Program-made: the position numbers and the translations under genes
Shown: positions 47,937-55,830 of the stretch, one piece after another
Layout: every line of letters starts with the position of its first letter
Numbering within the stretch: the stretch's first letter is position 1
Notes under the pieces: generated by a model
Databases searched by the model: none
What the model saw: the letters and a program-made list of their open reading frames with translations, nothing else
What the model was told of the DNA's origin: nothing
Virus record (IMG/VR): IMGVR_UViG_3300012344_000011
Span: 75,825 to 139,824 of that record
DNA: 64,000 bases
Direction: 5' to 3' (one strand)
Source: a virus
Lineage: Duplodnaviria; Caudoviricetes

Positions 47937-48167
47937 TTACTTACTTCTATATCTCTGAAAATCAGCCCAATTATCATAGTCTTCTTTTACAATCTCATCT
48001 TTATAATCTGCAATGTCCCAGCTTTCATTCATCTTTTTATACCCATTTCCAACAGGCAAGTCTTCTGTTCCCTTCAATTGCGATCGCCGCAATTTGCGGT
48101 TGAACAGCTTTTTCAATTCCTTATCTCCTGCACACTGGAATCCTTTGCGGTAGCTGCGGCTCATCAC
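47937..48167 (-). CDS. Small basic hypothetical protein
   Basis: MSRSYRK..NRKLRR..GYKK...SWDI; AAAGGAG RBS. Confidence 0.55.
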   Translation of the reverse strand: MMSRSYRKGFQCAGDKELKKLFNRKLRRSQLKGTEDLPVGNGYKKMNESWDIADYKDEIVKEDYDNWADFQRYRSK

Positions 48168-48211
48168 TATCTCCTTTCACTTGTCTCTTGGACTATATAT
48201 TTTACAAAAAT

Positions 48212-48631
48212 TTAACAATCAAATGCAATACAAACCATTACTTCACCAGGCTTTACATACCAAAGACCATAGATCTCAAGCACAAACCGCATCTGATCAA
48301 TCCAAGGCGCAAGCAAATTCTCACCTTCATAGTCAAGAGCTTCATCAGTCTTAGCCAGAGCTACAAGCTCACACCAATCAAACCAAGAGTGCTTGTAAGT
48401 CCAATAGTCTCCCTCATAAAGATGATAAGCCTTAGACTCAACAGGCATATCCTCCCACATACCTCGGCAATCAAGTCCTTCAAGTACATCAAACAAATCA
48501 TAATTGCGATCATTGTAAGGAGCATAACCAGTGCGATCTTCCATCTTACCATTCACCATAGCATAGATCTTCAACTCTTCCCAACCGGTCTCAGTCTTTG
48601 CAAAAATCTGAGTATGAATATCAACGCCCAT
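48212..48631 (-). CDS. Conserved phage hypothetical protein
   Basis: MGVDIH..DRNYDLFDVL..RG...D..HSWF pattern. Confidence 0.55.
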   Translation of the reverse strand: MGVDIHTQIFAKTETGWEELKIYAMVNGKMEDRTGYAPYNDRNYDLFDVLEGLDCRGMWEDMPVESKAYHLYEGDYWTYKHSWFDWCELVALAKTDEALDYEGENLLAPWIDQMRFVLEIYGLWYVKPGEVMVCIAFDC

Positions 48632-49001
48632 TATTCTACTTCCTTCCAACCCTTCTTATACTTTGATTTGCGGCTATACTTAGTCTTTCCATGAATACCA
48701 TACCCGCAAGCAAAACCATTCCATTTAGGTTTGCGGAAATCGAACATTTGTTCACTAGTAATTACATACTTTTTACTCTTTGACATAACATACCAGCTTT
48801 CTCTCTTGGAAGATAATGTTCACAATGAAGCTTCACAGAAAAACAATCATCACATTCAGGCAGGTTATCAAACAATTCAATATAATCGTCCAGCAATCCA
48901 CAGACATCTTCATGAATACAAGTTTCACATTCCATACTTGTCCTCTTTTCTCTTCTCTATCATACTAATATTATAACATATTTTTATACCTGCCGTCAAG
49001 C

Positions 49002-49039
49002 AAAAAAAATGGGAGCTAGCATTTAGAACACTAGCTCCC
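49002..49039 (-). terminator. Intrinsic terminator
   Basis: GGGAGCTAG-loop-CTAGCTCCC-A-T8. Confidence 0.75.
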
Positions 49040-49221
49040 GGTTACCCTATAACATAATTTCAAATGGAGTAAACGATAGTAAAAGGAAATATATAGGGCA
49101 AATTCAAATCTTTTATTTTATAGTCAAGAACTTGAAAACTTGACTAACAGAGAGGAAAAGTTGTGGGAGGTTGCCCGCCTCTTGCTTCAGGTCATAGGTA
49201 GCGTTCTGCCGCACTTATCTT

Positions 49222-49524
49222 TCACCAACTCTCAGTATAACCATAATGAGAAAGCAACTGACGAATATTGTCTGCTCCAACAGGATTCATACTATGAATA
49301 TGAAAAACACTCATAGGAATATCATTACTTACAATATACTTTGCAATATCATACCCAGAAACAGTAGACCCAAGATCATGATCAAAGTCAATCCCAAAGC
49401 TGGTTTCAGTTTTCCAGCATTCATCTATAAGACTTTTCATCTGTGCAGCAGTTCTTACAAGAATTGCTTTAAACCCAATAGGTACTTCTCTTTCATCGTC
49501 AAGATAAAACCAAAGCATTATCAT
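49222..49524 (-). CDS. Cyclic-phosphate-processing receiver domain protein
   Basis: FYLDDEREVP..DFDHDLG..SGYDIAKYIV..IHSMNPVGADNI signature. Confidence 0.75.
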   Translation of the reverse strand: MIMLWFYLDDEREVPIGFKAILVRTAAQMKSLIDECWKTETSFGIDFDHDLGSTVSGYDIAKYIVSNDIPMSVFHIHSMNPVGADNIRQLLSHYGYTESW

Positions 49525-49527
49525 ACC

Positions 49528-49791
49528 TCACTCATAGTCCCAGCATGCTTCTTGATGTTCTTCCTCTAGAATTGCATCTGCTTCTGTTGGATAGAAGAAC
49601 TCTTTGCGGTGAAACACCCAATCATAAGCAGGTTCAGCACCAGTAAGCCGCAACAGAGTCAACATATCTTGAACAGCAGGATCAAGGATGTTACCATAAG
49701 AATTAAGAATCTCACAGATACGCATCTTCGCGTATCCATTCTTAAAGTTGTCTGCAATTTCGACATAGCGCCGCAACATATAATCAACCAT
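49528..49791 (-). CDS. Hypothetical protein
   Basis: 87 aa, own promoter and AAGGAG RBS; ends in a TGA overlapping the next gene's GAGGT RBS. Confidence 0.55.
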   Translation of the reverse strand: MVDYMLRRYVEIADNFKNGYAKMRICEILNSYGNILDPAVQDMLTLLRLTGAEPAYDWVFHRKEFFYPTEADAILEEEHQEACWDYE

Positions 49792-49883
49792 TCTTAACTC
49801 CTTTTCTCTTTCTCAACAATAATATTATACCATATTTATTGCCCTACTGTCAAGAAATTCTCTAAACTACTAGGAGGAAACTC

Positions 49884-51353
49884 CTAGTAGTTTACCTTTT
49901 CATTGATATAATCAATGATATCCCAACAACCATTCTCCTTCATATTGATGAAATCGAACACCTTGTTTCCAAGAGAAGTCAGAAGTACAACATCCTTGTC
50001 CTTGGGATCGCATACCTGAGTATGGTAGTTACCAAGATCAAATGAATAAACCTTGCTCTTACCATACTTAGCGCTATAAGTCTTATAGGAATCAAAACCA
50101 TTATGCAAATAATAGTAATCACTTCCCATAATCTGCATATCACTGATAATGAAGATGCGGGAATAGCTCTTCTTAAGAAGAGCAAAAGCCGTTCCAATGA
50201 CAGTGCCATAGCCGCATCCATCATTCTTAGCAAATGCTTCGATCATCTCAAAAACATTTTCAGAAGTATAGCCAATTGCCCACTCTGCATTAGTGCCAAA
50301 CTTGACAACATCAACCTTACCAAGATTCTTCAAAGCCAATGCTACTGCAAACACAGCTCCAGCTTCCTTGATACTGATGACACTGTTCTTACTGATAGGA
50401 TCTTCCATAGACCCGGACACATCAAGTAAAACAGCACTGTTACCATCAAAAGAAGGAACATTATCTATCGAAACAGAGAAAGCATATCCCAAAGACTTCG
50501 TAATCTCCTCATCACAGAGACCACTCTTTACTAGAGTCTTATAGCAAGTATAAATCTGATAAGGGAAAACCAAAGACTTCTTGATGGCTTCTGCGTTACA
50601 TAGCTGATCGCAAAGAACCTTAGTATAAGGAATCTTAACGATCTTTGGCAAGAACTCCATAGTCTGTAAAATATTGCGCACATTCCGCAAAAGAGCTAAA
50701 TATCCCAACTTCTCTTCTGCCAAAAGTTCACACCAAGCATAACCCTTTTCTTCTTCACTCTTGGATACACTGATACGCTGCTCCCAAGTTTCACACTTAG
50801 GTAGCACACCATTCTTATAAGCACAAATAGCAGAAGAAGTAGCATGGCAAATATTAATGCAATCAAACATATTATATACCTTACCACTCAACTTATACTT
50901 ATCAATGCTGTACGCTCCAAGAGAAGAAAGATAATCACCGCAGCCTCTTACAAGCGCGTGGCTACGCTTCTGACCCAAGGCATCGACAGCCGCAAAAATC
51001 TCTGCGACATCATCTGCACGATGACAAAAATTCTTATAGAACTGACGCTTGCGGTCGAAGCTCTTATCATTGAGCCACGCAGCCGTCATCTGCGAAATAG
51101 AACGCATACCAAGTTCATTGCGGGCATACACAGTTGCCTTCGCAATAAACTCATAACCATATGCCTTTGCCATCTTAGCAGTTAGATCAAAATAACGAAC
51201 CATCTGCTTTTCCGCAGGCTCATAGTAACGATCTTCTACCATACAACTACAAAGACAATTGAACCATTCCTCGGTGAGATCCTTTACAAAAACTTCGCCG
51301 CCTTCATAGGAAACAACATTAGAATACTTAGCTTCGTTACGATTAAAATTCAT
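49884..51353 (-). CDS. Ro60/TROVE + vWA RNA-binding protein (Rsr-like)
   Basis: TROVE: YEGG, YARNELGMRS, RADD, TWE, LGYLALLRNVRNI, VFPYQIY. vWA MIDAS: LLDVSGSM, GT, ISDMQ. Confidence 0.88.
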   Translation of the reverse strand: MNFNRNEAKYSNVVSYEGGEVFVKDLTEEWFNCLCSCMVEDRYYEPAEKQMVRYFDLTAKMAKAYGYEFIAKATVYARNELGMRSISQMTAAWLNDKSFDRKRQFYKNFCHRADDVAEIFAAVDALGQKRSHALVRGCGDYLSSLGAYSIDKYKLSGKVYNMFDCINICHATSSAICAYKNGVLPKCETWEQRISVSKSEEEKGYAWCELLAEEKLGYLALLRNVRNILQTMEFLPKIVKIPYTKVLCDQLCNAEAIKKSLVFPYQIYTCYKTLVKSGLCDEEITKSLGYAFSVSIDNVPSFDGNSAVLLDVSGSMEDPISKNSVISIKEAGAVFAVALALKNLGKVDVVKFGTNAEWAIGYTSENVFEMIEAFAKNDGCGYGTVIGTAFALLKKSYSRIFIISDMQIMGSDYYYLHNGFDSYKTYSAKYGKSKVYSFDLGNYHTQVCDPKDKDVVLLTSLGNKVFDFINMKENGCWDIIDYINEKVNY

Positions 51354-51380
51354 ACTTTTTCTCCTTCAAAATAAAAAAAA

Positions 51381-51459
51381 TGGAGCGGATATACTATATA
51401 AAAGACTACAATTAATAATTCATTCTCTAAGAAGTAAGCCTTTTATCCATCACGCTCCA
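51381..51459 (-). ncRNA. Y-RNA-like unit 5, short loop, followed by U8
   Basis: TGGAGCG-TGATGG-ATAAAAGGCT-TACTTCT..AGTCTTTTAT-ATAGTATATC-CGCTCCA. Confidence 0.7.
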
Positions 51460-51463
51460 ACCT

Positions 51464-51591
51464 AACTCTTGGAAATCATTAAGAGACGCTTGTGCTCTAC
51501 CCATTGAGCTACCTGACACCGCAGGATTGGACTCGAACCAATAACCTTTTCTTTATAAATAGAAGTAAGTCTCTTAACCATCACAAAAGTT
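51464..51591 (-). ncRNA. Y-RNA-like unit 4 with permuted tRNA-mimic domain (YrlA-like)
   Basis: Shared scaffold enclosing T arm ATTGG-TTCGAGT-CCAAT, closed acceptor CCTG/CAGG, then D arm TAGCTCAATGGGTAGAGC. Confidence 0.8.
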
Positions 51592-51595
51592 CCTT

Positions 51596-51681
51596 GCATT
51601 AGCGGAAACCATATAAAAGACGTAAGTTTTGGGTCTAAATATAATTTTTAGAAGTAAGTCTTTTATCCATCACGCTATTGC
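51596..51681 (-). ncRNA. Y-RNA-like unit 3, short loop
   Basis: GCAATAGCG-TGATGG-ATAAAAGAC-TTACTTCT..GTCTTTTAT-ATGGTTTC-CGCTAATGC. Confidence 0.7.
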
Positions 51682-51690
51682 TTTTACTTT

Positions 51691-51802
51691 TAGCTAATCT
51701 TGAAAATCACTAAAAGGCAATACGCTCTAACCCATTGAGCTACCCGCTGGAAAGGAGTCGAACCAATATCTTATTAGCCTTTCAACAATCACAAAATTAC
51801 TA
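51691..51802 (-). ncRNA. Y-RNA-like unit 2 with permuted tRNA-mimic domain
   Basis: TAATTTTG-TGATTG-TTGAAAGGC..GGTTCGACTCC..GGTAGCTCAATGGGTTAGAGC..GCCTTTTAG-TGATTTT-CAAGATTA. Confidence 0.75.
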
Positions 51803-51888
51803 TATTTGCTGGAAATTATACAAAAGACTTGTTATTTGATCTCATACCATAATTTTAGAAGTAAATCTTTTGTCCGTCACAGCATATA
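51801..51888 (-). ncRNA. Y-RNA-like unit 1, short loop
   Basis: TGCTG-TGACGG-ACAAAAGAT-TTACTTCT..GTCTTTTGT-ATAATTTC-CAGCA. Confidence 0.7.
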
Positions 51889-52000
51889 AGTGACACCTGA
51901 ATTCGTGGCAGGTGCGAATAGTTTTGATTTTGAGCAGACTATAAACTGCGGTTCCACGAAACCCGATATATAAAATCAATTCCCTTGACCTTATACATAT

Positions 52001-52030
52001 ATTATAACATATTTATTGAACGGTTGTCAA
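52001..52030 (-). promoter_or_regulatory. Consensus extended -10 sigma70 promoter for the Y-RNA array/Ro60 unit
   Basis: TTGACA..TGTTATAAT. Similar promoters precede most units between 43 and 59.5 kb (~44604, 47779, 48999, 49852, 54931, 56197, 56496, 59401). Confidence 0.75.
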
Positions 52031-52037
52031 CAAATTT

Positions 52038-52832
52038 TTATTTATATATCTTATTATATGCTTTTAGTATATCTTGTTGCCCTATCCATGCATTTTTCCC
52101 ATTAACAGATGATAAAAAATTAAAATGTAAATTTTGAAAACGTTGTTTTAAAATATCAACATCTATATTTGATTTAATATAGTGTTCTGCCTTAGGGTTT
52201 GTAATCTCTCGAAGTTCTTTTACTTTTCCAGAATTTCCGTTAATACTAAAGTTTGCAGTAGTATCACCTCGGGGCAAAAAAGAAAAATCTTTACTTGGTA
52301 GCTCTTTAACTTGTCTTAAATTAATTTCACTATCTTGCTTTGTCCATACATAAAAACTACAAGGAACATAATACTCTTTATTATCTTCAGTAATAAAAAC
52401 AGATGATTGCAAAGGATGTTCCACAATTAATTTCCAATCCTCTGGAAATAATGATAAAGATTGATTAGTTAATTTGCTAAAGGTGTTAGGCAGAATAAAA
52501 GCAATCGTCTCTGCGCCAATATTTTGAGCATGTTTAATAAATTTTTTAGCTAATTGACTTCGCTTACCGAAAGGAGGATTCCCAATAACTAAAATATGTT
52601 GTTTATTGGTAATAGGTTGTACTAAAAACCAATCTTTTTGAATAATGTCAGAGTGCTCAGGCTCAATGTCATAGGCAATACAATTATTTAATTGTGAACT
52701 AAATGCTCCATTGCCCGCACTCGGTTCAATAATACAATCATAATCATTTATGTTAGGAACTAACGCAATACATTTTTGAGCATTATCATTGGTCGTATAA
52801 TATTTATCTATACTCAAATTCAAATCACCCAT
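52038..52832 (-). CDS. Amino (likely N6-adenine) DNA methyltransferase
   Basis: DKYYT, IIEPSAGNGAF (motif I), VIGNPPFG (motif IV). Confidence 0.85.
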   Translation of the reverse strand: MGDLNLSIDKYYTTNDNAQKCIALVPNINDYDCIIEPSAGNGAFSSQLNNCIAYDIEPEHSDIIQKDWFLVQPITNKQHILVIGNPPFGKRSQLAKKFIKHAQNIGAETIAFILPNTFSKLTNQSLSLFPEDWKLIVEHPLQSSVFITEDNKEYYVPCSFYVWTKQDSEINLRQVKELPSKDFSFLPRGDTTANFSINGNSGKVKELREITNPKAEHYIKSNIDVDILKQRFQNLHFNFLSSVNGKNAWIGQQDILKAYNKIYK

Positions 52833-52843
52833 TTTTCTATAAA

Positions 52844-53447
52844 TTATCTATAAAGAATTTCTTCTTTTAAATTAGCATCTAAATATAAATCGTACCAACG
52901 TTTAGTTGTTGTATTTTTCATATTATATACGTCAATTGTAATAGAAAATTCTTTATTCTGGTTGTTCTCATTGGCTTTTTTTGTTCCGTGAGTATAACTA
53001 CCCACATTCTCGATTTCTTTTAACATTTCATCTTTAGTCAGAACAAAGAAAACACTTTTATCAATATCATTTTCATTAATATAAAAACAATAATAAAAAT
53101 CAATATTCTGCCAAGGTCTTATTTGACGAATATTTAATTTTTCGTCCTTGTTTGTAAACGAAGTTTTAAATTCATAATAATTATCGTTATTATCTTTAGC
53201 GTCTCCTTTATTAAAAGAAGCTGACACTGGTTGGTAATTCATTTTTTTGCATAAAAATTTTTCTACCAATGGAGCCTTCTTTTGAGTTGATAAAGAAGAA
53301 ATTAATGTATAAAAACTATATCCGTCTGTTATTTCATAAACATTGGTGTTTAAATCTTCTTCTGAAAATTGATGTATAAGAGAATCTATTTTTTGTACTT
53401 TTTTTTAGAGTTACAAGGTTTTGCTTTTGAATTTCAGCTATTAACAT
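52844..53447 (-). pseudogene. Putative restriction endonuclease frameshifted in an A8 tract (53399-53406)
   Basis: GDAKD..YYEFKTS PD-(D/E)XK-like motif. The ATG at 53447 is out of frame with the body across A8. Adjacent to the MTase. Confidence 0.55.
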
Positions 53448-53527
53448 AATTATAATTATACCTTTTCATTATTTTTATGGACGTCGAGGACGTATCTTAT
53501 CACTTGGCAACAGTCTCATTAGTTATA

Positions 53528-54184
53528 CTAATTAAAATATTCCCAGTGATAACCTCCGCAAGTTTTTCTCTTTCCTTTACAACAAGCAGAAATATGAGAT
53601 CTACATTCAGTAGTTGAAGATTTATTATTATCTACAAGCCATCTAGCTGCTTCACTAGTAGAATTAAAAACTAAATTTTCTTCAATACAACGAACCTTAA
53701 TTGGAGAAGCAATAAGACCTTGTCTTGATAGCTCTGACGAATAATATCGTTTTTTCCAATCAACATTATCTCTATACTGAGAAACGATATTTTTAATGGA
53801 ATCAATAGAACAATCAAGAATTTTTGCAATCTCTGAACTAGTTAAAGATGTTGTATCATATAATTTCAAAACTTTCTTGTAATTTATTAAAGTTTTTCCA
53901 TCTCCACCCATCGTAGCATTATAACCATCATTATAAGAATTATAATATTTTATCCAATATTTTTCTTTTTCAGATGCTTCGTCACTAGAACATTCTTCTA
54001 TGATAGAAATATAAAAATGATCCTCTCCATATTTTGATATTGCGTTATAAAGAGGACGTTTTTCTTTTCTATTTTTTTTACTATCAGCGCAATGTTCTTT
54101 GAATCTCTTTTCAACAGAAAAATTTGTTTTTCCAATATAAACTTTATCATTTATGTCGTTTTCAATTTTATAAATGTATGCCAA
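53528..54184 (-). CDS. GIY-YIG homing endonuclease with NUMOD1
   Basis: YIYKIEN..VYIGKT, EKYWIKYYNSYNDGYNATMGGDG, KTCGGYHWEY. Confidence 0.85.
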   Translation of the reverse strand: MAYIYKIENDINDKVYIGKTNFSVEKRFKEHCADSKKNRKEKRPLYNAISKYGEDHFYISIIEECSSDEASEKEKYWIKYYNSYNDGYNATMGGDGKTLINYKKVLKLYDTTSLTSSEIAKILDCSIDSIKNIVSQYRDNVDWKKRYYSSELSRQGLIASPIKVRCIEENLVFNSTSEAARWLVDNNKSSTTECRSHISACCKGKRKTCGGYHWEYFN

Positions 54185-54222
54185 AATTAATCAGCTCCTT
54201 TTTATATTAATATGATTCAATT

Positions 54223-54275
54223 TATTGCATTAGTATAAAACAGACACGCCACGTGAAGGCTGCAATATTGTGTCC
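54223..54275 (-). ncRNA. Minimal HDV-like (theta) ribozyme at the tRNA-Met 3' end
   Basis: P1 GGACAC/GTGTCT (G1.U), P2 TATTGCA/TGCAATA, P3 GCC-TTCACGT-GGC, J4/2 CTAA. Confidence 0.85.
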
Positions 54276-54347
54276 TCGCGGGAGGTGGAATCGAACCACC
54301 ATATCATAGCTTATGAGGCTATTGAGTTACCAGTACTCTATCCCGCG
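54276..54347 (-). tRNA. tRNA with CAT anticodon (Met; Ile2 not excluded), no encoded CCA
   Basis: CGCGGGA/TCCCGCG, ATAGC-CTCATAA-GCTAT, GGTGG-TTCGATT-CCACC. Confidence 0.9.
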
Positions 54348-54348
54348 A

Positions 54349-54424
54349 TGGTGCCTTCTGTAGGACTTGACCTACACTCCTCGGTTTAAGAGACCGCCAC
54401 TTTGACCAATTAAGTTAAGAAGGC
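54349..54424 (-). tRNA. tRNA-Lys(CTT) with a 6-nt T loop
   Basis: GCCTTCT/AGAAGGC, CGGT-CTCTTAA-ACCG, ACCA end. Confidence 0.8.
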
Positions 54425-54433
54425 ATAATAAGC

Positions 54434-54496
54434 TTTGCTCCCTCTCGAACTATTAAACACTTGATTAACAGTCAAGCCTGAGTACAAGGGAGTAAA
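54434..54496 (-). pseudogene. Armless tRNA-Asn(GTT)-like element
   Basis: TTTACTCCCT/AGGGAGCAAA stem plus GCTTGA-CTGTTAA-TCAAGT arm; D and T stems absent, GTTCGA remnant. Confidence 0.55.
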
Positions 54497-54627
54497 AATT
54501 ATTGTGGGTCAGATTTGCATATTCGGCACTGACCCGTTGCAAGTCTCCTTTTCTTGCGCCCCGATTCACGACATTAGCCTTTGTCCAATCAGTGTTACCG
54601 TCCTAGTGGCTAATTCAGGCAACCGCT

Positions 54628-54888
54628 TGGTTCCTTGGGTGGGACTCGACCCACGACTAAAAGATTACTTTAGTACATCGCTTTCGCATTGTAGTCCGGA
54701 CTTTCTCTTCTTCCTCTTGGGAAGTCCCGTGTAAAGTCTCTACACATAGTATCTTAAAAATACCTTGCTCGAGATTAGCATATGTTTCCACTTAGCCTTC
54801 CCCGAATTAACGGGATTTTCATTACATATCGCTGCATAATGCTACTAATTACTAAAAATCTTCTACGCTACCACTGCGTCACCAAGGA
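54628..54888 (-). tRNA. tRNA-Lys(TTT) interrupted by a group I intron
   Basis: 5' half TCCTTGG-TG-ACGC-AGTGGTA-GCGT-A-GAAGA-TTTT; 3' half TAA-TCTTT-TAGTC-GTGGG-TCGAGT-CCCAC-CCAAGGA-ACCA. Confidence 0.85.
54668..54854 (-). mobile_element. Compact 187-nt group I intron in the anticodon (position 35/36)
   Basis: AATTCGGGGAAGGCT (P), GCTAATCTCGAGC (Q), GTAGAGACTTT (R), AAGAGAAAGTCC (S), terminal G. Confidence 0.8.
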
Positions 54889-54939
54889 ATTTAATAATAA
54901 TATTATAACATATTATTTATTCTTTTGTCAACAAAATCT

Positions 54940-55650
54940 TTATACCGACCCAATAGAAGAGATAAGAGAACGAGCAACTATTTCGTGAAGAACTCGCGGC
55001 AAAAGCTCTGAAACAAACTTGTCGTTACCCAGCTCTTCTTCTTCAATAGCATCACGATTATTCATAAAATCATCATATATAGCATCAGCTATATCAACTC
55101 TTCCTTCTATAAAAGAAGAAAAATTCTCAGCATCAATTTCTGTATAACCAGTGCTAAAGCAATCTTCAAATGAAGCACCTGCCGCAACCTTCTCAACCAT
55201 TTTACATAAACGATCAATCTCTGCGACACAAACATTAGCTTTTCTTGGATAACTTCTTGCATAACAACGATTGGTATCAATAAAAGCAAACAACTGTTCC
55301 ATCATTAGCGCCTTGTCAGAAAAAGCAATCTCAGAATTATACTTCTGCAAAGTATTCCATTGAGCAGAATACATAGGATTGATAACAATATCCTTCTCAA
55401 CAAGGGTCATTAAAGAAAGAAACTCCTGATCACGAAGAAGGTCTATATATTCTCGAAGATCAACAATTTCACACCACATACCATCTTCAAAGATATTACT
55501 ATTCTCGATCATATGTTCTCCATCAAGCAAATCTTGCAGAGTAGGAATAACAATCAGCTTGCCGCACCCATCAATTACAGAGAAGCAAAGCCAATCACGA
55601 TAATCAACAATAGAACGAAGTTCATCAATCTTTGCGGCATAATTACTCAT
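54940..55650 (-). CDS. Degenerate nucleotidyltransferase-like protein
   Basis: LIVIPTLQDLL..DLREYIDLL..INPMY..W..L..EIA resembles phage nucleotidyltransferases, but no GS..DxD motif is visible. Confidence 0.4.
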   Translation of the reverse strand: MSNYAAKIDELRSIVDYRDWLCFSVIDGCGKLIVIPTLQDLLDGEHMIENSNIFEDGMWCEIVDLREYIDLLRDQEFLSLMTLVEKDIVINPMYSAQWNTLQKYNSEIAFSDKALMMEQLFAFIDTNRCYARSYPRKANVCVAEIDRLCKMVEKVAAGASFEDCFSTGYTEIDAENFSSFIEGRVDIADAIYDDFMNNRDAIEEEELGNDKFVSELLPRVLHEIVARSLISSIGSV

Positions 55651-55830
55651 TTTCAATCCTTTTCACTACATCTTCAAAACTTGGAATTACAAATTTTTCT
55701 TTTATCTTATTACTAAGAAAAAAATCGAAAGACTCTTGACAAGAATCAGACCATTCATCATAATCAACCAAACAAAGGAAACCATTGAGTTTATTCATAT
55801 AATTCTGCATTCTATTACCTTTCTATTGGT

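Noticed and set aside
51381-51888. CRISPR array, or true tRNA genes at 51490-51545 and 51720-51770
   Set aside because: Units are stem-enclosed and of unequal length, no cas genes are present, and the tRNA-like parts have T before D with no anticodon arm.
53478-53517. Possible suppressor tRNA (GAGACTGTTGCCAAGTGATAAG...CCA on the minus strand)
   Set aside because: It resembles only a 5' tRNA fragment with no anticodon or T arm. No UCA anticodon arm was found anywhere in the window.
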